A stretch of 64,000 bases of DNA, taken from the NCBI GenBank assembly GCA_963836235.1, contig CAWIIP010000001.1, positions 49,191-113,190 on the forward strand, read 5' to 3'. Positions 39,601 to 49,273 of the stretch are shown in pieces. A program made the translations under genes and the position numbers. Position 1 is the stretch's first letter. Every line of letters begins with the position of its first letter. Source of the DNA: an uncultured Pseudomonadota bacterium. Its GTDB lineage: Bacteria; Oederibacteriota; Muellerivitia; Muellerivitales; Muellerivitaceae. The notes under the pieces were generated by a model, which saw only the letters and a program-made list of their open reading frames with translations, was not told where the DNA came from and did not search any database.

Positions 39601-42589
39601 TTTCACGCTGGCGCGAGGCGAGGCTAGTTATAATCTCGCCGGGACTCTTGAATCGGCTCGAGCCATTTGGGATCCAGACAGCAAGATTGATGTTAATGGG
39701 CCTGTTGAAAAGGAAAAACTTCAAAATATTCTCGCTCTTTTGGGAATTGATACTGAAAAGCATAAAGTTGGAGGCGAGGTCAATGGAAATTTGTCCATTA
39801 CCGGACTTTTAGCCAGCCCCGTTGTTGGCTTTTCAGTTACGGGACAAAATTTAAGATACGACAATAATATCTTTCCTTCGGCTGAATTGCATTTTTCGGC
39901 CGCCGATGGAAAAATTAATTTGGAAAAAAACAAGATAACGTTGCCAAAAGGCCAAGTAAATATTGACAGCGGAAACGCCTACTTGGACCCAAAGGATTCA
40001 ACCGTTGTTGTGATGGACCTGCGGGGATCCACCCAAAATTTGCCTATCGCTGTTTTTGACCTGACAAGTCAAATCCATTTATCCGGTCGTCTAGCGCTTG
40101 AAGAAAAAGAAACGCGCCCAACTTTTGATGGGCTTCTTTCTATCATCGAATCGGGGCAGGATCCCAAAAACATCGTTCCTTTTGACTTGGCTTTAGGTGT
40201 TCATAACAAAATAATTGATTTCAAACCTTTAGACAGCACCGAAGCCCAGTTAGTGGGTCGGTTAGACCTTTCCGAGGATGGGAAAATCATTTTTAAGGAT
40301 TTGCACCTTTTGAATACCGTCGGTTCTTTTACCGTTGACGGAACTTTAGATTTCAATGGACCCTGCCAATTAGTTTCAGACGCGAAAGATGTACCGATTC
40401 AAGAAGTTTGGAAATGGATTTTCCCCAAGTTTCCATTGAGCGGAACCGGCAATTACCATCTTATTTTAAATGGAACATTGGATGATCCGTTGTTTACCAA
40501 TTCTATCTCCGTCTCCAATGGAAAAGTTGGTGACCTGAATTTTGACCTTTTGAATGGTGAAATAAAATCCCATGATAACACCCTTTACTTTGGGACTAAG
40601 GACAGTCCGCTTATGCTAAGCCGGAAGGGGCAATTTACCTTCACCGTGGGAGGCAAAATGCCATTTGCCATGACCACGGCTAGTTGGCTTAAAGTTCAAA
40701 ATCACGAAATGGACATTACAGCCAATATGGATCAAGGCGATTTTGGCATCATTCTTCTGGCGGGTTTTGCGAAACAGGCGTCGGGTAGTATGGATTTTTC
40801 AGCCCATGTTGGGGGAACACTTGATAATCCAAATGTCATCAGCATGGACCTGGATTTAAATAAATGTCGGTTGGTTCCTGAGATTGTGGCGCAATCAATT
40901 GAGGATATCAGTGGACGAATTAAGATTCGGAACAACCACTTAGGTGTTGAGGACCTTAATGGACGAATTGGACAAGGCCGCGTTTTTATCACTTCGGATC
41001 CTGTTGAAAAAAGCAAAATGGTTCTGGAAAATTTTATCCCCCAATATTTGGATTTTCACGTTCGAACGGTTGGGGATCATGGCTTATGGCTTAGCATTCC
41101 AACTATTATGAAAAAAGGAGAATGGGGTGAAATTTATTTTTATGGTTCCAGCCCCGATGATGACATGCTTGTCAAGGGGTCGTTGGAAGAGCCTCATGTC
41201 ATTGGAACGGCTTTTTTGGATACAGGCCATTTTACCTTTCCGCCGGAACCGGCGGTTGATGAACATGGGAAACCAATCGAGTACCGGGAATTGGCTGGAG
41301 TTTATTTTCAGTTAAAACTGAAAGCCGGAAAAAACACTTGGTATTCCAATGACTTTGATACTCAATATTTGGAGTTGAAGGTTGATCCCGGTGATGAAAT
41401 TTCCATTGAGGGAAAAGACGCTGATCGTACACTCGAGGAAGCAGGAATCAAGTGTGTTGGTGAGGCTGGGTCCAAGCAAGGCTGGCTCCGGTATTTGGGA
41501 CATGAGTTTCAATTGGAGGAGGCGACTCTCCATATTCCAAAAGGGAAACCCCCCATTATGCAGGGGCGTGCGACAGATCGTCTTAGGGGAATTGAAGTTC
41601 CGTCGGCAGGAGGGGTTCAGAAGACCGACATGGATATATGGGTTGATTTCAACGGATCTTTTGGAAAAATCGACTTTACCCTTGATTCAAACCCTCGATT
41701 CAGCATGACTGATAAGGACATACAACAAAAGTTATTACTTTCTTATATCATGTTTGGCCGTGACATGACCGGGTATACAAGTCAACAGCTGCAACAGTAT
41801 TTTCAGCAAAATAACGGTCAAGTGGTCAGCGATTCTCTTCTCGAGACATTCGATCGTATTTCATCAAGTCAAGCCACACAGTTACTGAGGCCATTAGGGC
41901 AAAAGCTTGGTGGAATTGATATGACGGTCGACGCCAATCTCGGTAGCGCTCTTTACGGTAGTAATCAAAATAATTCTTCAGTTACCACAACGGGCGGAGT
42001 ATCCCAAGTTGTTCCGGTGGGCCAGGCTAATAATGTAGTAGGAGCGACTGTTCCGTTGGTCCAGGTTAAGATTATCAAACCGCTTGATAGTAAGCTTTCA
42101 ATTTTAGCCGTTCCAGGAGTTAACCGGGATTCTTTGACGGGAATTGCTGGCCTGCAGGGACAATTTGGTCTTCAGTACGATTTGTCCCGTAATTTGAACC
42201 TCAACGCAACCACGGGTGCAAATGATATTGGTCAGCAGGAAACAAAAGTTGGATTTGAACTTCACCAATCTTTGCCTGATATTATGAGTCCGAAAAAGGG
42301 CGACACAGTCAAACCTCATTTTGAAAGAACCGACGCTTACACCATTGGAACTGGCAAATATCAGCTTATCTGGGTCACGGATAAAGTAACGAGGAGCGAA
42401 GTAAAGATAGTGGATGAAAATGGGCAGGTGGTTCAAGATGTTTCTGAAAATACTGAACACGAATACGACCATCAGATGATTGTGGATAAACTAAATCCAG
42501 CCGCAGACTACAAGGTTGAAATCTTGGTCAAGGATTTAAACGAAAACGAAAACGAAGCTATTTTAAAGATTTCCGCTTCAGAAGATTAA
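36683..42589 (+). CDS. Giant TamB/AsmA-like translocation and assembly module protein
   Basis: 1968 aa; N-terminal signal-anchor TM, very long beta-rich repetitive body, C-terminal region with TamB/DUF490 character; located directly upstream of bamA. Family assignment from architecture and context, not a database hit. Confidence 0.62.
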   Translation: MKAKPEADSGFVKATPDNRDKPRKFQRLRWVLLIMAILTGAFLFFQYRIVDTQLRPIIEKQLAQAVHSPVSIGSVRAGLTGNVVLNHVSLMVPGSPWESRLVVEQISVSVDLFSLLFHRKPLEDCFESLFFLHPDIVLVKNITSPVPLAGLSGSATVVAPAVTVPIPVFPVPKISVREGSFSIQAEKTPREVLHGLNFSAATDNGAIWGLSLLAHSPEAGSQGIVQFDGSLRLEDLRVRGVTKLHQWPLASTSSTLKDTTGWELSSGTIDMESPVVLQPGRPIWFDAKADLSQAVLKSPNPVGVTFAQITGRAMIRPNEVTVPGEIKFQVGETPWRASGLIPFDGRPLSVRTSTDELFLSSVFEDILKLKDMKAGGKGSATLSVAGTFSNPIIDGTAQLGPSSVGDWQLDSLSLKAGYENGQFQLKEADGQLYEGTLTANGFLALSGQPDAPVSLNVNLVNVEAEKVASTLGISGTEGRIDQEVHIGGSMEKPIISSSGQMELARTLRNTLFHYSIRNNVQMKDQKLQISATINDKSRLEGLFDEKTDYWELQKFSIMAGKKIVKLVGTGVLPKSDDKPMQIEVSGKDIPIENLPFFNDQFQDITGKVNLDFQASGTRKEPRELVHLVSDAVTIKTISDESTSAEVESYSLEALLSWEPDEVKFQKLTIGDPSNEIFSAVGYLGRKPESSNDLKVTANGFPIQHIAEITQWNNPPQPFEGSVTGHMHISGSADNPIVEGDDIGIEDLKVGDWHAAKVAASLNMEDGKLHFKKLKLDQGLGFLAASGSWDTKAQPGILTLRFSMTEFQLGSGPYLSGDFLLDAKTTGDPFWQNWNGNFSTTAFDLRDLKNKTYHFNNFSMAAVFADMVLKGRLTLGKAIDGSAILDLSGTVPTVQADLKIQPSLLSEVPELIQFLPPSLKVAGYISGGIKLKQGTLEELPIEGSVSVTNGKIQKYSFDRMGFNFNGGKTKVSSSFTLARGEASYNLAGTLESARAIWDPDSKIDVNGPVEKEKLQNILALLGIDTEKHKVGGEVNGNLSITGLLASPVVGFSVTGQNLRYDNNIFPSAELHFSAADGKINLEKNKITLPKGQVNIDSGNAYLDPKDSTVVVMDLRGSTQNLPIAVFDLTSQIHLSGRLALEEKETRPTFDGLLSIIESGQDPKNIVPFDLALGVHNKIIDFKPLDSTEAQLVGRLDLSEDGKIIFKDLHLLNTVGSFTVDGTLDFNGPCQLVSDAKDVPIQEVWKWIFPKFPLSGTGNYHLILNGTLDDPLFTNSISVSNGKVGDLNFDLLNGEIKSHDNTLYFGTKDSPLMLSRKGQFTFTVGGKMPFAMTTASWLKVQNHEMDITANMDQGDFGIILLAGFAKQASGSMDFSAHVGGTLDNPNVISMDLDLNKCRLVPEIVAQSIEDISGRIKIRNNHLGVEDLNGRIGQGRVFITSDPVEKSKMVLENFIPQYLDFHVRTVGDHGLWLSIPTIMKKGEWGEIYFYGSSPDDDMLVKGSLEEPHVIGTAFLDTGHFTFPPEPAVDEHGKPIEYRELAGVYFQLKLKAGKNTWYSNDFDTQYLELKVDPGDEISIEGKDADRTLEEAGIKCVGEAGSKQGWLRYLGHEFQLEEATLHIPKGKPPIMQGRATDRLRGIEVPSAGGVQKTDMDIWVDFNGSFGKIDFTLDSNPRFSMTDKDIQQKLLLSYIMFGRDMTGYTSQQLQQYFQQNNGQVVSDSLLETFDRISSSQATQLLRPLGQKLGGIDMTVDANLGSALYGSNQNNSSVTTTGGVSQVVPVGQANNVVGATVPLVQVKIIKPLDSKLSILAVPGVNRDSLTGIAGLQGQFGLQYDLSRNLNLNATTGANDIGQQETKVGFELHQSLPDIMSPKKGDTVKPHFERTDAYTIGTGKYQLIWVTDKVTRSEVKIVDENGQVVQDVSENTEHEYDHQMIVDKLNPAADYKVEILVKDLNENENEAILKISASED

Positions 42590-42807
42590 ACTTTAGTTGG
42601 ATTGAATCTCGTATAAAATTTCTAATAAAAATAACCCTTCCTGTTCTCTGAAAACGTCTATAAATCAGACAAATGCCGCCTTGAAAGTGGCTCTCAGAAA
42701 TCTTATTTCATCCAAGACCTTTGTTTAAGTATCATTTGCTGATTCCCGTGGGGCCTGCTAGAATGCGCGTCTTTGCATGGCTTTTTGACGGCATTTAGAT
42801 CCGATTA

Positions 42808-45174
42808 GTGAATGTTTTGTCTATTTCAGAAGTGAAAGGTTTGTTTTTGCGACGCTTTAAATCAACTCCGTTTTTTCTCGGCTTAAGCCTAGCTTTTGCA
42901 TTCACTTTTTGTCTCTTTTGTGCCGGTTCTTTACGAGCACAGGATGACGCCGAAACCGCCAAAATATCCGCTCTTAAAATCGAAGGAAACAAAAACGTCT
43001 CCAGTTTAATTATTTACGGACATATACAAGAGAAGGAGGGCGATGTCTTCTCTTTGCGTCGTGTTCGAATGGATATTCATAATCTTTTTTCCATGGGTGA
43101 TTTTAAAAATGTGAAAGTGGAAGCTTTACCGGGTGAAAAGGCAAATCAAATCATACTGATTTTTAAAGTCGAGGAACGGTCAATTATCGGCAAGATGGTT
43201 TTTAGGGGAAACAAAAAATGGGAAGCGAAAAAATTCCTTGAGGAAATGAAGCTGGCTCCCAAAGCCGCCTTCAATCAGGCGAAATTAAACGACGATTTGG
43301 CTGCCATCAAAAAGCTTTATATGGATGAAGGTTATTCAAACGTCCTTGTCCAATCCCAAATTAAGTCTGGAGCGCAGGAAAACACGATCGACCTTATCAT
43401 TGAAATTACAGAAGGGTTTCAAATTAAAGTTGGCGGTGTTGACGTTATTGGCGCCCAGGCTTTCAGCGGTAATAAAGTGGCTGATCAAATGAAGGAAAAC
43501 AAAAAAGGGGAAAAATACAAACCCGATGTTTTAAATGACGACATGAAAGCCATTGAGGAATTTTATCACGATGAGGGGTACTTAAAAGCGGTCGTTTTGG
43601 ATCATGAGGAAAAAGTAAATGAACAAAAGAAAAGAGTTTATCTGACAATCACGGTAAAAGAAGGCGTTAGGTACACCTTGGGAGACTTAAAAATAACCGG
43701 TAACATCCTCTTGGATGATTCGGAACTTTTAAAAGCTTTTGGCTTGAAAAAGGGAAACCTTTTGAGAAAGAAGGATCTGGACGAGGGAACGCGTAACATG
43801 AGGTCAATGTATGCCGACCGGGGTTACATTTATTCAAACATTAATCCTGTAATGACCTACGATGATGATCTTAAAAAAGCTGATATTACTTTTGAGGTGA
43901 CGGAGGGACAGGTTGCTTATATCCAAGATATTAAAATTGTTGGAAATTATAAAACTCAGGATTATGTCATTCGCCGGGAACTGGAAATCAAAGCAGGGGA
44001 CAAGTTTGAGGCCGCTAAGATTAAGTTGTCCATACAAAACCTTATGAATTTGGGGTTTTTCGAGGAAGTTAATCCGGATGTTGAACCAGGCGATGGTCCG
44101 GGGAAGGAAATCCTTGTTTTCAAAGTGAAAGAACGAAAAACCGGATCGATTAGTGTGGGTGGTGGGTATAGTTCCGTGGATGGTTTCGTGGGAAATGTTA
44201 AGTTGGAGGAAGGGAACCTATTCGGAAAAGGACAAAAAGCAACTTTGGATATTGAATTTGGGGCTTCACGCACAAGCTTTAGTGTCGGCTTTACCGAACC
44301 CTGGCTTTTCAATACGAGAACCTCGCTGAGTATTAATCTTTTTGACACAACTCGAATTTTCACTACGGCGGTTTTGAATCCAGATGGTACCAACAATTTT
44401 TACACCGAAACCGAAATCGGAGGTACGGTTAGCTTGGGTCGGCGTTTGAGCCGATATTGGAGTCTATACGGTTCTTATACGCTACAAAATGTTGATGTTT
44501 ATAACGTTGATTCCTATTACGCCACTATCGGCAGCCCGCAATATATCGCTGCGACAGATTCGACCACCAGTAGTGTCACTCCCCGAATTGTTTATGACAG
44601 TAGGGACAATTATTTTGATACCACATCTGGTTGGAAACACCAGCTTTCCATAGAGTTTGCGGGTGGGCCCCTAGGATTTGACAATAACTTCGTAAAAGCC
44701 ATAGAAGACAGCAGTCATTTTATTCCCCTGCCCGCGGGTTTTGTGATCGGAGAACATGTTCGTTTAGGCGCGGGACAGGGTTATTGGTTTGCAGGAAGGG
44801 GATATTCCGATTTGCCCCTCTACGAAAAATTTTTTGCGGGTGGTACGGACACTATCCGGGGTTATAACGAAAGAAGCGTCGGCCCTGTCGCTGGTGGGAA
44901 CGCCCTTTTTGTCTCTAACACGGAACTCAAGCACCCTATTGTGGGCCCGCTTCGTGGCGTTGTTTTCTTTGACGCAGGAGACGCCTGGACAAATATTTGG
45001 AATACGGATGAATCGCATGTCCAATATGGGGCAGGAGTGGGGCTGCGATTAACGATTCCCGGAACGATTATGGATATACGTCTTGACTATGGTTGGCCCA
45101 TTCATTCGGATTTGTCTTCGGAGGCTGCGCCACCAGGCGGTGTACTGCATTTTAACTTGGGGAATCTCTTTTAA
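42808..45174 (+). CDS. bamA: Outer membrane protein assembly factor BamA (Omp85, POTRA repeats + 16-strand barrel)
   Basis: 788 aa; signal peptide, repeated POTRA-like modules (…VGNYKTQDYVIRRELEIKAGDKFEAAKIK…), C-terminal beta-barrel ending in aromatic residue (…HFNLGNLF). Start may be GTG 42832 rather than 42808. Confidence 0.85.
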   Translation: MNVLSISEVKGLFLRRFKSTPFFLGLSLAFAFTFCLFCAGSLRAQDDAETAKISALKIEGNKNVSSLIIYGHIQEKEGDVFSLRRVRMDIHNLFSMGDFKNVKVEALPGEKANQIILIFKVEERSIIGKMVFRGNKKWEAKKFLEEMKLAPKAAFNQAKLNDDLAAIKKLYMDEGYSNVLVQSQIKSGAQENTIDLIIEITEGFQIKVGGVDVIGAQAFSGNKVADQMKENKKGEKYKPDVLNDDMKAIEEFYHDEGYLKAVVLDHEEKVNEQKKRVYLTITVKEGVRYTLGDLKITGNILLDDSELLKAFGLKKGNLLRKKDLDEGTRNMRSMYADRGYIYSNINPVMTYDDDLKKADITFEVTEGQVAYIQDIKIVGNYKTQDYVIRRELEIKAGDKFEAAKIKLSIQNLMNLGFFEEVNPDVEPGDGPGKEILVFKVKERKTGSISVGGGYSSVDGFVGNVKLEEGNLFGKGQKATLDIEFGASRTSFSVGFTEPWLFNTRTSLSINLFDTTRIFTTAVLNPDGTNNFYTETEIGGTVSLGRRLSRYWSLYGSYTLQNVDVYNVDSYYATIGSPQYIAATDSTTSSVTPRIVYDSRDNYFDTTSGWKHQLSIEFAGGPLGFDNNFVKAIEDSSHFIPLPAGFVIGEHVRLGAGQGYWFAGRGYSDLPLYEKFFAGGTDTIRGYNERSVGPVAGGNALFVSNTELKHPIVGPLRGVVFFDAGDAWTNIWNTDESHVQYGAGVGLRLTIPGTIMDIRLDYGWPIHSDLSSEAAPPGGVLHFNLGNLF

Positions 45175-45206
45175 GTTCCATTCAATTTCTTGATATTGAG
45201 TGCTGA

Positions 45207-45231
45207 ATTCAACCAGTAAGTGCAACACCTA
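45207..45231. repeat. IS30-family left terminal inverted repeat
   Basis: TTCAACCAGTAAGTGCAACACCTAG; core matches the reverse complement of 46223-46247. Confidence 0.5.
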
Positions 45232-46189
45232 GACGAAAGACCTGCTCCGGCGTTTTGAAGCGAAGGCACTTGCGTGGACGGCTGTTGAGAGCCCGCTCCA
45301 CACGTCGCACGTTCGCTGGAGTTATGGTAGCAAAATCGGTTTTCTTTGGATAGAAGCGCCGCACCAAACCATTAGTGTTTTCGACGGTTCCCTTTTCCCA
45401 ACTGTGGAAAGGAAGACAGAAAAAGGAACGGGTTCCTAAGAGATTGTTAACTTGAAGATGCTCGATGTTTTCAGAGCCGTTGTCGTAAGTAATGGTCCGG
45501 CGTAACCCCTTCGGAAAGAGGGTGAGCCGTCGATTGATAGCTGCTCGTGTTTTCGAAGCGGACTTTTGAGGCAACCAGGCGAGTTTCACGAGGCGGCTTT
45601 TTCGTTCGACCATCACCAAAAGGGAGGCTTTACTTTTTCTGGAGATGATGGTGTCCGCTTCCCAGTGACCAAATTGACGCCGCGTCTGCACGATGGCGGG
45701 TCGTTGAGTGATCGGAGTTCGTTCTGGAATATGGCTTTTTCGATGTTTGTGCGAATGCCATCGGCGAAGCCGCTTTCGATGGGAACGAGCCAAGAGAGGG
45801 ATGAGGTTTCGGGCTTCGGAATAAATGAACTGGTAGACGGCCTCGTGGGAAATGAATAGTTTGGAGTTCTCAAGGCGAAGCTGACCAGCAATTTGTTCGG
45901 GAGAAAACCCCTGATGAAGCTTACGCAAAACATGTTGTCGGATCCCTGGTTTTTTGAGACGCAGATGGGTCCGAGAGAGTTGGTTACGCTGGGTAGATCG
46001 CAGGTGAGCCCGAGCTGGTAGATAACGGCCAGGACGTAAAGGTGGTGCGTTACGCTTCAACTCTCGGGAAACACTGGACACATCACGTTCGAGGCGTCGG
46101 GCGATTTCTCGTATGGAGAGGCCTTCTGCCTTCCAAACTGCGATTTCTTCACGTTCGGCCAACGACAGGTGCTTGTAGGATTGTTTCAT
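45209..46189 (-). CDS. IS30-family DDE transposase
   Basis: 326 aa; N-terminal HTH (…LSLAEREEIAVWKAEGLSIREIARRL…), DDE catalytic core (…HWEADTI…, …ITYDNGSEN…, …SWEKGTVENTNGLVRR…). Confidence 0.85.
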   Translation of the reverse strand: MKQSYKHLSLAEREEIAVWKAEGLSIREIARRLERDVSSVSRELKRNAPPLRPGRYLPARAHLRSTQRNQLSRTHLRLKKPGIRQHVLRKLHQGFSPEQIAGQLRLENSKLFISHEAVYQFIYSEARNLIPLLARSHRKRLRRWHSHKHRKSHIPERTPITQRPAIVQTRRQFGHWEADTIISRKSKASLLVMVERKSRLVKLAWLPQKSASKTRAAINRRLTLFPKGLRRTITYDNGSENIEHLQVNNLLGTRSFFCLPFHSWEKGTVENTNGLVRRFYPKKTDFATITPANVRRVERALNSRPRKCLRFKTPEQVFRLGVALTG

Positions 46190-46222
46190 AAAACTTAGGA
46201 TAACCCCCGGATTCTGCCGGGG

Positions 46223-46247
46223 CTAAGTGTTGCACTTCGCTATTGAA
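46223..46247. repeat. IS30-family right terminal inverted repeat
   Basis: CTAAGTGTTGCACTTCGCTATTGAA; reverse complement shares AAGTGCAACAC core and TTCAA with the left end. Confidence 0.5.
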
Positions 46248-46322
46248 CTGGGGAGTTTTAAATTTTCGTAATAATTGATTTAGAACTTAAAACTGCCCCC
46301 CAAAAACAAATATAATGCCGAC

Positions 46323-47096
46323 ATGAAAATTCTTCTGACTAATGATGACGGAATCGACGCATTTGGCCTAAAGGCCCTTTACGAAGCGGTCAAACATTTA
46401 GGTGAGATCGCTGTTTCGGCACCAGATAGGCAAGCAAGTGCCACTGGCCATTCCATTTCGCTCAATACTCCATTTCGTGTTCTTTCCTCAGCCTGGCCCG
46501 AGGTTCCTTATTCTTACAGTGTCTCCAGCACTCCGGCGGATTGCGTGAGAACCGCGGTCCTAAAGCTATTGCCTTGGAAACCTGATTTAGTGATATCCGG
46601 CATCAACCAGGGCGCTAATTATGGCTCACTCATCCTTTATTCAGGCACGGTAGCTGCGGCGGCGGAAGCGGTGTTATTAGGAATTCCATCGATGGCTATT
46701 TCATTGACTAGCCATACTTTTAAGGATTTTACCGTTAGTGCTCAATTTGCCAAAAAAATCAGCCAATGGATCATAGAAAAGGGTTTGAGCCCTGGAATCT
46801 TCCTGAATGTGAATGTACCTGCACTTGAAATGGGAAAGATCAAAGGTATGGTTTTAACGCATCAAGGTCAGTTTCGCCATGTTGAAGATTTAGAACATCA
46901 TGAAAAACTAGAAGGTCATTTCAATTACATTTTAAATAGCCCCAGCGAACCATCCCTGGAACATCCTAATTCGGATGTCGCTACCGTAAAAGAAGGTTTT
47001 GTTTCGGTGACACCGCTTCATTTAGATTTGACCGCAAAACATTATTTTTCTCATTTTTCCGATTGGTCCTGGGAGGATAAGTTTTGGATGGAATAA
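46323..47096 (+). CDS. surE: 5'/3'-nucleotidase SurE
   Basis: N-terminus MKILLTNDDGIDAFGL… (metal-binding DDG motif) and …GINQGANYG…; 257 aa. Confidence 0.85.
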   Translation: MKILLTNDDGIDAFGLKALYEAVKHLGEIAVSAPDRQASATGHSISLNTPFRVLSSAWPEVPYSYSVSSTPADCVRTAVLKLLPWKPDLVISGINQGANYGSLILYSGTVAAAAEAVLLGIPSMAISLTSHTFKDFTVSAQFAKKISQWIIEKGLSPGIFLNVNVPALEMGKIKGMVLTHQGQFRHVEDLEHHEKLEGHFNYILNSPSEPSLEHPNSDVATVKEGFVSVTPLHLDLTAKHYFSHFSDWSWEDKFWME

Positions 47097-47254
47097 TGGA
47101 GGATAATTCTCTTTTGCCCTCGAAAGATTCAATGGTCGGTTTAAGAACATAATTACTGATACGGTCTCGGTGACACGCTCGACAGTTCTCAAAAGGGAAA
47201 AAACAAAAATCCAATGGATGACCCTGTTGCGAGATTGCCTAATACTGGAGGTCT

Positions 47255-47479
47255 TTGATGAAGGAACGCATTGAAAAAGTTTTGGATGAAATTCGTCACA
47301 TCCTTCAAGCTGATGGTGGTGATGTGCAGTTTATTCACGTCACGGATGATGGCATTGTCCAAATTCATATCAAAGGAACCTGCGACACTTGTACGAGTTC
47401 GATGATGACCTTGAAGTGGGGGATTGAACAGTTGGTTATGGAACAGATTCCTGAAGTCAAAAAAGTGATCACAGTATAA
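47255..47479 (+). CDS. NifU-like (Nfu-type) Fe-S cluster scaffold domain protein
   Basis: 74 aa with CxxC pair (…KGTCDTCTSS…) in a Nfu/NifU C-terminal-domain-like context. Confidence 0.65.
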   Translation: MMKERIEKVLDEIRHILQADGGDVQFIHVTDDGIVQIHIKGTCDTCTSSMMTLKWGIEQLVMEQIPEVKKVITV

Positions 47480-47710
47480 TTTTTGTTGAACTGCTTCGGC
47501 TCATCCATAGGTTTAAGGGATGGGTTTTTTGTTGGTGGAAGCCTCAAAGTTTCCTATACTGTCTTCGTTTTCCTCGGCTGTTTTCCTTTCTTCGCTCATC
47601 TGTTGCGGCAGGTTTGAATTTTAAATCAAGGTTCTTTTTCACCCGCAAAGGTGGAAAGTTTTTCCGATTCAAAATTCAAGATCATCAATTTGGGATTTAA
47701 GGGAGTTTTT

Positions 47711-49006
47711 TTGATACCGCGTTACACTTTGTCGGAAATGGGCGCCCTCTGGTCCGAGCAGTCTAAATACGATTCCTGGCTGAAGGTTGAGATTGCCGCC
47801 TGCGAGGCTTGGGCTCGGATTGGCCAGATTCCCAAAAAAGACCTGAAAATTATAAAGAAAAAAGCCAAGTTTTCGGTCAAGCGTATTGATGCCATCGAAC
47901 GTAAAACAAACCATGATTTAATTTCCTTTTTGACTTCAGTTGCAGAAAACGTAGGCCCTTCCTCTCGATTTATCCATCTGGGTCTTACTTCCACCGATGT
48001 GGTGGACACAGCCCAGGCGCTTCAATTAGTCCCGGCTGCTGACCTGATATTAGGTCAGTTGAGAAAACTCCGTGAGATTCTGAAACGTCTGGCTAAAGAA
48101 CATCGTTATTCCATGATGATAGGTCGCACCCATGGAGTGCATGCTGAGCCAGTCACTTTCGGTCTCAAAATGGCCCTTTGGTACGATGAAATCGGCCGCC
48201 AAATTGATCGATTGAGTTTAGCTAGGGAGCAGGTGGCGGTGGGCATGATTTCCGGGGCCGTTGGAACTTTCGCCAATATCGATCCGCGGGTTGAAAAGCA
48301 TGTCTGCAAATTACTGGGGTTGAAACCCGCCACGGTTTCCACCCAAACTCTCCAACGTGACCGACACGCTTATTTCCTCTCGGTCCTGGCCGTGATCGCT
48401 TCCTCGTTGGAAAAATTCGCCACTGAAATTCGAAATCTCCAGCGTACTGAAATTCTGGAAGTGGAGGAATATTTTGCCGAGGGCCAAAAGGGTTCTTCTG
48501 CCATGCCCCACAAGCGCAATCCTTTAACTGCTGAGAGGGTGGCGGGGTTGGCCCGGGTGATGCGGGGCTATGCCTTGGCTGCCCAGGAAAATGTCGCTCT
48601 TTGGCATGAGCGGGATATCACCCATTCATCGGCCGAGCGCATTATTTTGCCGGACGCGACGATTCTACTTCATTACATGTTGGCCAAGTTCATTGGGGTG
48701 ATGGAAAAACTGAACATTTATCCCGATCGCATGAAGCGCAATATTCAACTCACCCGGGGATTGGTTTCCTCCCAACAGGTGCTTTTGGCTCTGGTGAAGA
48801 GGGGCATTACCCGTGAAAAGGCCTATGCCATCGTTCAAAGAAATGCCTTGAATGCCTGGAAAAATGAGGAGAATTTTCGGCGTTTAATCGAGGTCGATCC
48901 TGAAGTCGTTAAAATGTTGACCCCGTCGGAGATTGAAGAATGCTTTAATCTTTCTTATCACATGAAGAATGTGGATTATATTTTGAAACGGGCCGGAATA
49001 CTTTAA
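47711..49006 (+). CDS. purB: Adenylosuccinate lyase
   Basis: Probable TTG start 47711 (SD AAGGGAG upstream) giving (M)IPRYTLSEMGALW…, typical PurB N-terminus; fumarate-lyase signature region (…GSSAMPHKRNP…). ORF track begins at 47651. Confidence 0.88.
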   Translation: MIPRYTLSEMGALWSEQSKYDSWLKVEIAACEAWARIGQIPKKDLKIIKKKAKFSVKRIDAIERKTNHDLISFLTSVAENVGPSSRFIHLGLTSTDVVDTAQALQLVPAADLILGQLRKLREILKRLAKEHRYSMMIGRTHGVHAEPVTFGLKMALWYDEIGRQIDRLSLAREQVAVGMISGAVGTFANIDPRVEKHVCKLLGLKPATVSTQTLQRDRHAYFLSVLAVIASSLEKFATEIRNLQRTEILEVEEYFAEGQKGSSAMPHKRNPLTAERVAGLARVMRGYALAAQENVALWHERDITHSSAERIILPDATILLHYMLAKFIGVMEKLNIYPDRMKRNIQLTRGLVSSQQVLLALVKRGITREKAYAIVQRNALNAWKNEENFRRLIEVDPEVVKMLTPSEIEECFNLSYHMKNVDYILKRAGIL

Positions 49007-49018
49007 GGAGTGGCGTCT

Positions 49019-49273
49019 ATGGGCTGGCATGTGAATGTTTATGTGACCTTAAAACCCTCGGTTCAAGATCCCCAAGGAGCCACGGTTCAACGGGCTTTGA
49101 ACCAGATGGGCTATAACGGTGTTTTGGGTGTTCGTATGGGAAAGTTCACGGAATTGGAATTTGACGGGTCTCTTTCCGAATCCGACGTAAAAAAACAGTC
49201 GGATGAAATCTGCGACAAGCTTTTGGCCAACCCCAATATTGAGTCCTATCATTTCACTGTGGAGAAGAAATGA
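49019..49273 (+). CDS. purS: Phosphoribosylformylglycinamidine synthase subunit PurS
   Basis: About 84 aa; [20 protein letters not shown]… typical PurS; SD AAGGAG 7 nt upstream of ATG 49019. Confidence 0.85.
   Translation: MGWHVNVYVTLKPSVQDPQGATVQRALNQMGYNGVLGVRMGKFTELEFDGSLSESDVKKQSDEICDKLLANPNIESYHFTVEKK

Larger units (their letters stand above)
45207..46247 (-). mobile_element. IS30-family insertion sequence (about 1.04 kb)
   Basis: Single transposase ORF bracketed by imperfect terminal inverted repeats with an 11-bp perfect core AAGTGCAACAC (left 45207-45231; right 46223-46247, reverse complement). Exact ends uncertain by a few bp. Confidence 0.75.
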
